Shown in pieces: positions 58,829 to 64,000 of a DNA stretch of 64,000 nt. Source of the DNA: Acidobacteriaceae bacterium (GTDB taxonomy: Bacteria; Acidobacteriota; Terriglobia; Terriglobales; Acidobacteriaceae). A program made the position numbers and the translations under genes. Each line of letters opens with the position of its first letter. The first letter of the stretch is position 1. The stretch is taken from the NCBI GenBank assembly GCA_035502695.1, contig DATJUD010000172.1:8545-72544 (forward strand), in the 5' to 3' direction. A model generated the notes under the pieces. That model was not told the DNA's origin. It ran no database searches and saw only the letters and a list, made by a program, of their open reading frames with translations.

Positions 58829-59337
58829 GCGTCATCCTCGTCATCTTCTTCGAGTGCGTTTTCAATCAGCTCCTGCAGGCTATCTACGGTGTTCACCATG
58901 GCCCGATACTCCCGGTACCACTCCGTCTGCGTCTCATGCACAAAAAGAATTCCCTGATGCGCGAACGCCAACTCAATGTGGCCGACCTTGCCAATCTCAA
59001 GGAACAGCCGATTCACCTTATCCATCTCCGCGCTCGACGCTTCTGCGTTTGAAATATCCTGCAGTTCGCTCGCCAGCAGCTCCAGCGTGGTTCGGTCCAC
59101 CGAATCCTCGCCGATGCATACCAGCGGTGCGCCCGCAGTCTTCGCCATTTCAACAAAATCCTTCCAGCTCTCCTTGGCTGTCGGGGCGTTGTCATCGGCA
59201 GTTTCCGGATCACTCCACCACACACGCGGAGTGTCCTCCGGAATCAGCGCAGGGAAATGTCGCATGCCATGGCCTTCAATAAAGGCGATCATGTCATCTT
59301 TCAGCGAAGTCAGGTTGTTGGAATCCATCTTTTCCAT
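58825..59337 (-). CDS. Hypothetical acidic protein, translationally coupled to recJ
   Basis: 170 aa ending in ..ENALEEDDEDDA. Its TGA overlaps the recJ GTG (GTGA). No family recognised. Confidence 0.6.
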   Translation of the reverse strand: MEKMDSNNLTSLKDDMIAFIEGHGMRHFPALIPEDTPRVWWSDPETADDNAPTAKESWKDFVEMAKTAGAPLVCIGEDSVDRTTLELLASELQDISNAEASSAEMDKVNRLFLEIGKVGHIELAFAHQGILFVHETQTEWYREYRAMVNTVDSLQELIENALEEDDEDDA

Positions 59338-59443
59338 CCTAGACCAGTTTTCCCACCCCTAGAGAATGCAACAAAACTAGCCCGGCGCCACGAACCCTTT
59401 ATGATGAAAGGGAACCACTGGATTTTTACGGGAGCAAGACTTC

Positions 59444-59800
59444 TTGGCAAAGTATCAGCGGCACGTATTTGTTTGCATCAACCAGCGCGAACCCGGCAGC
59501 CCCCGTCCCAGCTGTAACGCCGACGGCAAATCGCAATTGCAGGCACGGTTCAAGGCGGCTGTGGATGCTGCTGGACTTAAAGGGAGCGTCCGCGTCAACA
59601 AGGCCGGCTGCCTGGATCAATGTGAACATGGGCCAACCGTCGTCTACCCGGAAGCCGTCTGGTACGGGCATGTCTCTGAGGCCGATGTGGATGAAATTGT
59701 TGCCTCGCATTTGGTGGCAGGGTGTCCTGTCGAACGACTGCTTCTGGCCGACGGCTGCGTTAACACCGGAGCCTGCGAGCATCGACCTCCCAAGACCTGA
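59444..59800 (+). CDS. Thioredoxin-like [2Fe-2S] ferredoxin
   Basis: ..HVFVC.. ...C.. and ..AGCLDQCEHGP.. Cys ligand pattern. TTG start after GGGAG. Confidence 0.8.
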   Translation: MAKYQRHVFVCINQREPGSPRPSCNADGKSQLQARFKAAVDAAGLKGSVRVNKAGCLDQCEHGPTVVYPEAVWYGHVSEADVDEIVASHLVAGCPVERLLLADGCVNTGACEHRPPKT

Positions 59801-59856
59801 AAACTGTTGCGGGTGGCATCTCGAGCCACTTGCTGTGCTATATTCCGAGGGGAACA

Positions 59857-60135
59857 ATGAATTTCTCAAGAGATTATGTTGGATATTTAGGCCGACGCAC
59901 CATCAAGCATCTGATCGATGTCAAGATGATCCAGACCGACAAAGTTGAGGTCTTGAATGCCCGCGTACAGGCTGCCCTGATTGATGAATTGATGCTGGAG
60001 GATCGCATCAACGACGAGGTTCGTCTGATCCTCGAGGCGTATCAGGAAGAGATGCGCCGCACCGGCGCCAGCTACCAGGAAATGTTCAAGAAAATCAAGC
60101 AGGAACTCGCCCGCAAATACAAGGCGGTGCTATGA
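59857..60135 (+). CDS. DUF507-family protein
   Basis: A small helical protein. The ATG at 59857 follows GAGGGG. Its stop overlaps the next start (ATGA). Confidence 0.7.
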   Translation: MNFSRDYVGYLGRRTIKHLIDVKMIQTDKVEVLNARVQAALIDELMLEDRINDEVRLILEAYQEEMRRTGASYQEMFKKIKQELARKYKAVL

Positions 60136-60407
60136 GAGTCTCCCACGACAAGCTCAACAAGCTGGCTCACGTGATCGCAGATACTCTGGCGGAAACCGAC
60201 GAGTGTGAATTCCACGAAGACCGCAATACCATTCGCCAGGAATCGCGCAAAATGCTCGAAAAGCTGTTTGCCGAGGAAATGAAGATCGATCAGGCCGCGC
60301 GCCTCAAGGTCTCTTCCCACAAGAAAAATATTCCTGAAGGCAGCCAGGAGTGGGAAATCCTGTACCGCAAGTATTACCAGGAAGAAGTGAAGAAACTCGG
60401 GCTATAG
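60132..60407 (+). CDS. DUF507-family protein (second of a tandem pair)
   Basis: MRVSHDKLNKLAHVIADTL... It pairs with the preceding paralogue, as is usual for DUF507. Confidence 0.7.
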   Translation: MRVSHDKLNKLAHVIADTLAETDECEFHEDRNTIRQESRKMLEKLFAEEMKIDQAARLKVSSHKKNIPEGSQEWEILYRKYYQEEVKKLGL

Positions 60408-60493
60408 TTCGTTTTTCTCGATCCGCCCGCCGGTACTTCGCTGTTATTTTCGCGACAAGTGAATCGGATACAATTCCTATCCGGAGGTCTCTT

Positions 60494-60886
60494 ATGGCCG
60501 AACAAGCAGAAGGCATTGTCAACCTGCCAACCCATTCTTCAGTCGATGAAACGATTTCTTGCCTGCAATCGATGCTGCAGGAAAAAGGTGTCCAGATATT
60601 CGCGCTGATTGATCACAGCGGTGAGGCGAAACGCGCCGGCATCGAGATGCGTCCCACCAAGCTTTTGATTTTCGGCAACCCCAAGGCTGGCACACCATTG
60701 ATGCTGGCGGCTCCTAGCATCGCCATCGATCTCCCGCTGAAATTGCTGGTGTGGGAAGATGCCAGCGGACAAGTCTGGATCTCCTACAACACGCCCGAAT
60801 ATCTGCAGAGGCGGCATGCGTTACCCCAGAACTTAGCTGCCCCTCTCGGCTCTGTGGAAGCCCTGGCGAAAAATGCAGCGAAATAG
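60494..60886 (+). CDS. DUF302-domain protein
   Basis: ..IFALIDHSGEAKRAGIEMRPTKLLIFGNPKAGTPLM..DLPLKLLVWED... The ATG at 60494 follows GGAGG. Confidence 0.8.
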   Translation: MAEQAEGIVNLPTHSSVDETISCLQSMLQEKGVQIFALIDHSGEAKRAGIEMRPTKLLIFGNPKAGTPLMLAAPSIAIDLPLKLLVWEDASGQVWISYNTPEYLQRRHALPQNLAAPLGSVEALAKNAAK

Positions 60887-60935
60887 TTCTAGCCCGCGAT
60901 CCGTTGTGGAAAGCGGCCGGTCATGCTGCAATTCG

Positions 60936-63467
60936 CTACTGCACAGTAAAGGCTTGTTGCAGCGGTACATTCTCCGACGAATCCCCAACGTACACGACAA
61001 ATTTTCCCGGATCCACTTTCCATCCGTGCGTCGTCGTGTCCCAATAGGCCAGTGAGCGTTTGTCGAGCGTGACGGTCACGTGGTGCACCTCTCCCGGTTG
61101 TAGCATCACGCGCGAGAAGCCCTTCAGCTCCATTTTCGGACGCTTTACCGTTGCCGACGGATCGCCAACATACACCTGCGCAACCTCCGCCCCCGCAACC
61201 CGGCCGATATTTCTCACATCGAACCCAACCTCGATCGGTCCATTTGGGGAGGCCGTCTGTGGCGACACAGAAAGATTGCCGAACGCGAAGCTTGTGTACG
61301 ACAGCCCGAATCCAAAAGGAAACAGCGGCTTCACGTCGCTAGTTTCATAGTAGCGATAACCAATAAAAACTCCTTCGCTATATTTAATGTCCCGTGTGCC
61401 GGGCAGCTCGTAATACGTTTTGTAGGTGGGATTGTCTTGAACCCGCTTCGCCCAGCTGATCGGCAGCTTGCCGGATGGATTCATGTCTCCAAACAGAATT
61501 TTCACCAGCGCAGTGCCGGCTTCCTGTCCGCCGTACCAGGTCTGCAGTAGCGCTGGAGTACGGTCGATCCAGTCCTGAGTGGCCACGCTGCCGCCTGCCG
61601 TCAACACCACGATGGTTTTAGGATTAACTGCCGTCACCTGGCGAATCAGCTCCTCCTGTCCAAACGGAAGTTGATAGGTGCGATCGCGCCCCTCCGACTC
61701 CGTTGCTGGACTAAAGCCCACCGAAAGCACCACAGCGTCCGCCATTTTCGCCAGCCGGATGGCCGCCGGATCGACCAGCTTGTCCTGCGCAATGATCCCG
61801 AGTGATGGCGTGTTAGTTGGCTTTCCCGGAAAATAATTGAACTGTACCTGCACCGGTTTCCCGGCCTCCATCGTCACATTTGCGGACTGGAGCGAGCCGC
61901 CTTCGCCCTGGACTTCAGAAAAAAAATCCTTGCCGTTGATCAAAATTTCGTCATGATCTCGGCGCTGGTCCTCCGCCACTACCGTGTAAACCCCCGAAGT
62001 TTGCGGAATAAAATATCCATGCCACTCCACCCGCCGCGGTGTCTTGGTTTGCTGGCTCAACCAGGAACTGGCCACGTGATCTACAGTTTCATCTACGGTG
62101 GAGAACAACCGATCATTCGCCGACAAAACGTATTCGTCCCGCTTCAAGCCTGTGTGTTGACAGGCCGCATCCGTACACCACTTCGTGTTCTTGAACACAT
62201 CCTCGGGCTTCACCACGCCAGAATTCCAAAGCACATTCACGCCCGGGTGCAGGCCGTTGCTCAAGCCCGTCATAAAACTCACCGGAGCAAACGCATCGAC
62301 ATGGGAGCTGCCTCCGCCGCCCGGCACCGCCGGATATGCGTCCGGGCCCAGCACAGCCAGCGTATGAATCGTGTTGCGATTCAGCGGCAGCAGATGGTTT
62401 TCATTCTTCAGCAGAACCGCACCCTCTTCCGCCGACTGCAGTGCAATCGCATCGCCGTGTTGGTTATAGAGAGGAATGCTGGGATCAAGCTGGTCCCGAT
62501 CCAGAAATCCAAACTGCATTGCAGTCCGAATAATGCGTCGAACTTTCTGATCGATCGTGGCCACGGTGACCTGACCGCTCTTGATCGCCGGCAGCAACGT
62601 CGCAGCCGTCATGTACTTTGCGTCCGGCATTTCCAGGTCCAGGCCGCCATTCGCGTCCGCGACCCCGTCGTGCGCCGCGCCCCAGTCCGACATTAAGATG
62701 CCGCGAAATCCCCACTCTTTGCGCAGCACCTGGATGTTCAGGTACGCATTCTGCGTCGCATGCTCGCCGTTGATCAAATTGTAGGAATCCATGACAGCGC
62801 CGACGTGGCCCTGCTTCACCGCGGCTTCAAACGCTGGCAAATAAATCTCATGCAGCGTGCGTTCGTCTATTACGGAGTTCGATCGCTGCCGGTCATACTC
62901 GGAATTGTTGGCGTCGAAATGCTTCACCGTGGCGCTGACGCCTTGGCTCTGCACGCCGTCGATATAGCTGACCGCAATTTGCCCTGCTAGGAACGGGTCT
63001 TCGCCAAAATATTCAAAGTTGCGTCCGTTCATCGGCTCTCGATAAATGTTCACTCCAGGTCCCAGCAGAAAATTCACGCCGCGCGCTCGCGCATCCTCGC
63101 CCAGTCCCACACCTACTTTTTCGGCCAGCGCACGGTCCCAGCTCGCAGCCAATCCAATACCCGCCGCATACGCCGTCGAGGGTCCCCAGGTGCGCACTCC
63201 AAGCGGCCCATCGGACATCTTCAGCCGCGGAAATCCGATACTCGGCTCGCTGCGAATGTACATGCTGTCTTCGCCGCCGATCAGCGCGATCTTCTGTTCC
63301 AGCGTCAGCTTCTGCACCATCGCATCCACTTTCTGCTCCATCGCTGATGTAATGGGTTGAGGGCCTTGATTGGTGGACATCTGCGCTAAGGCGCTGACAG
63401 GACCCAGCAAAAGAAAACTTGAAAACATAAGCGACATACAGGCAGGGAAGGCTTTTCGCATCTTCAT
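60936..63467 (-). CDS. Glycoside hydrolase family 3 beta-glucosidase (BglX-like) with C-terminal Fn3-like domain
   Basis: Signal peptide, ..GFRGILMSDWGA.. (the nucleophile Asp context), ..KHF.. and ..GGQEAG.. regions. Confidence 0.9.
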   Translation of the reverse strand: MKMRKAFPACMSLMFSSFLLLGPVSALAQMSTNQGPQPITSAMEQKVDAMVQKLTLEQKIALIGGEDSMYIRSEPSIGFPRLKMSDGPLGVRTWGPSTAYAAGIGLAASWDRALAEKVGVGLGEDARARGVNFLLGPGVNIYREPMNGRNFEYFGEDPFLAGQIAVSYIDGVQSQGVSATVKHFDANNSEYDRQRSNSVIDERTLHEIYLPAFEAAVKQGHVGAVMDSYNLINGEHATQNAYLNIQVLRKEWGFRGILMSDWGAAHDGVADANGGLDLEMPDAKYMTAATLLPAIKSGQVTVATIDQKVRRIIRTAMQFGFLDRDQLDPSIPLYNQHGDAIALQSAEEGAVLLKNENHLLPLNRNTIHTLAVLGPDAYPAVPGGGGSSHVDAFAPVSFMTGLSNGLHPGVNVLWNSGVVKPEDVFKNTKWCTDAACQHTGLKRDEYVLSANDRLFSTVDETVDHVASSWLSQQTKTPRRVEWHGYFIPQTSGVYTVVAEDQRRDHDEILINGKDFFSEVQGEGGSLQSANVTMEAGKPVQVQFNYFPGKPTNTPSLGIIAQDKLVDPAAIRLAKMADAVVLSVGFSPATESEGRDRTYQLPFGQEELIRQVTAVNPKTIVVLTAGGSVATQDWIDRTPALLQTWYGGQEAGTALVKILFGDMNPSGKLPISWAKRVQDNPTYKTYYELPGTRDIKYSEGVFIGYRYYETSDVKPLFPFGFGLSYTSFAFGNLSVSPQTASPNGPIEVGFDVRNIGRVAGAEVAQVYVGDPSATVKRPKMELKGFSRVMLQPGEVHHVTVTLDKRSLAYWDTTTHGWKVDPGKFVVYVGDSSENVPLQQAFTVQ

Positions 63468-63682
63468 ACAATCCTTTGATCGTTACGCGGGGATTTTTAC
63501 AGGCGCTCCGCAAATTTGCAGCCGAACCGCCGTAGCCACGGTAGAGCCGCTCGGATTGTTTGTCAAACAAGCGCCCGCATTTCGCGCGCAATGTCCACGC
63601 TGCAATCGCAGTTGAGACGCCGCTGTCGAACGCGCTCCGGTTGTAGCTACGGGTTGGGTTCGTTATAGTGAAAAGGGCACAG

Positions 63683-63757
63683 GGCGCTATCGTCTAGGGG
63701 TTAGGACGTGAGATTCTCAATCTTAAAACACGGGTTCGATTCCCGTTAGCGCTACCA
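63683..63757 (+). tRNA. tRNA-Glu (CTC)
   Basis: GGCGCTA TC GTC TAGGGGTT AGGAC G TGAGA TTCTCAA TCTTA AAAC ACGGG TTCGATT CCCGT TAGCGCT A CCA. It folds by eye (G1-U72 wobble). The anticodon is CTC and CCA is encoded. Confidence 0.9.
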
Positions 63758-63774
63758 ACTATCTTCCGCTAAAG

Positions 63775-63800
63775 CCCGCTATCTAAGCGGGTTTTGTTTT
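63775..63800 (+). terminator. Intrinsic terminator after tRNA-Glu
   Basis: CCCGCT ATCTA AGCGGG TTTTGTTTT. Confidence 0.75.
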
Positions 63801-64000
63801 CTGCCGCAAAACCTACTGACGCATGCTGGCGGCAAAAAACGCTCTTCGTGGTACACAAAATGGTACACAGGCGATCTGGCACTAATACAACTCGCTATGC
63901 TTTGCGCGAGCTAGTATTTGCTGGCATGCAGGTTAACGAACTGTTGCGCCCCGTTGTAAAGGCTCAGTCTTCTCTGGATTTGCCGGGATTGCTCCAATCT

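Noticed and set aside
1-64000. CRISPR arrays, IS elements, integrases, toxin-antitoxin or known defence-system genes
   Set aside because: No regularly spaced repeats, transposase or integrase motifs, or defence hallmark domains were seen. The window reads as housekeeping and metabolic core genome.

Overview
The window reads as a gene-dense chromosomal core region, probably from an Acidobacteriota (Terriglobia-like) genome. That placement is an inference from two giant TonB-dependent receptors with an N-terminal carboxypeptidase-regulatory-like domain and from overall gene content. I found no rRNA, CRISPR array, transposase or clear prophage. Recognisable modules in order: a MocR-type regulator fragment; a frameshifted YjhG/YagF-type xylonate dehydratase with an SDR; GGT; a decayed family-4 UDG next to the large helicase Lhr; a TonB receptor and a phospholipase-B-like Ntn hydrolase; tRNA-Cys, 1-Cys peroxiredoxin and def; two transsulfuration PLP enzymes; RidA; cysK-cysE; a Crp/Fnr regulator with cydAB; phosphoketolase-acetate kinase; a GH57 branching enzyme; YtxH/DUF948-like stress proteins; proline dehydrogenase; citrate synthase; PolX; Csp; NUDIX; CYTH; Sua5/TsaC; tmk-P450-holB plus an Hfq-like ORF; DinB; an M61 peptidase; a second TonB receptor; TauE; recJ with a coupled acidic ORF; ferredoxin; a DUF507 pair; DUF302; a GH3 beta-glucosidase; and tRNA-Glu. 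The most interesting signals are regulatory and small-scale. (1) A 22-codon ORF with 7 Cys codons, followed by an intrinsic terminator, sits in front of the peroxiredoxin and tRNA-Cys. (2) A Met-codon-rich 24-codon leader ORF overlaps a 10-bp long-range helix in front of the methionine transsulfuration genes. (3) A near-identical TGTGA-N6-TCACA palindrome occurs three times, upstream of cysK, the Crp/Fnr gene and cydA, and the regulator combines an FNR-like Cys cluster with a CRP-like recognition helix. (4) A divergent Hfq-like ORF lies downstream of holB. (5) An acidic-tailed ORF is translationally coupled to recJ. All functional calls come from motif recognition and memory of protein families. 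No searches were run.
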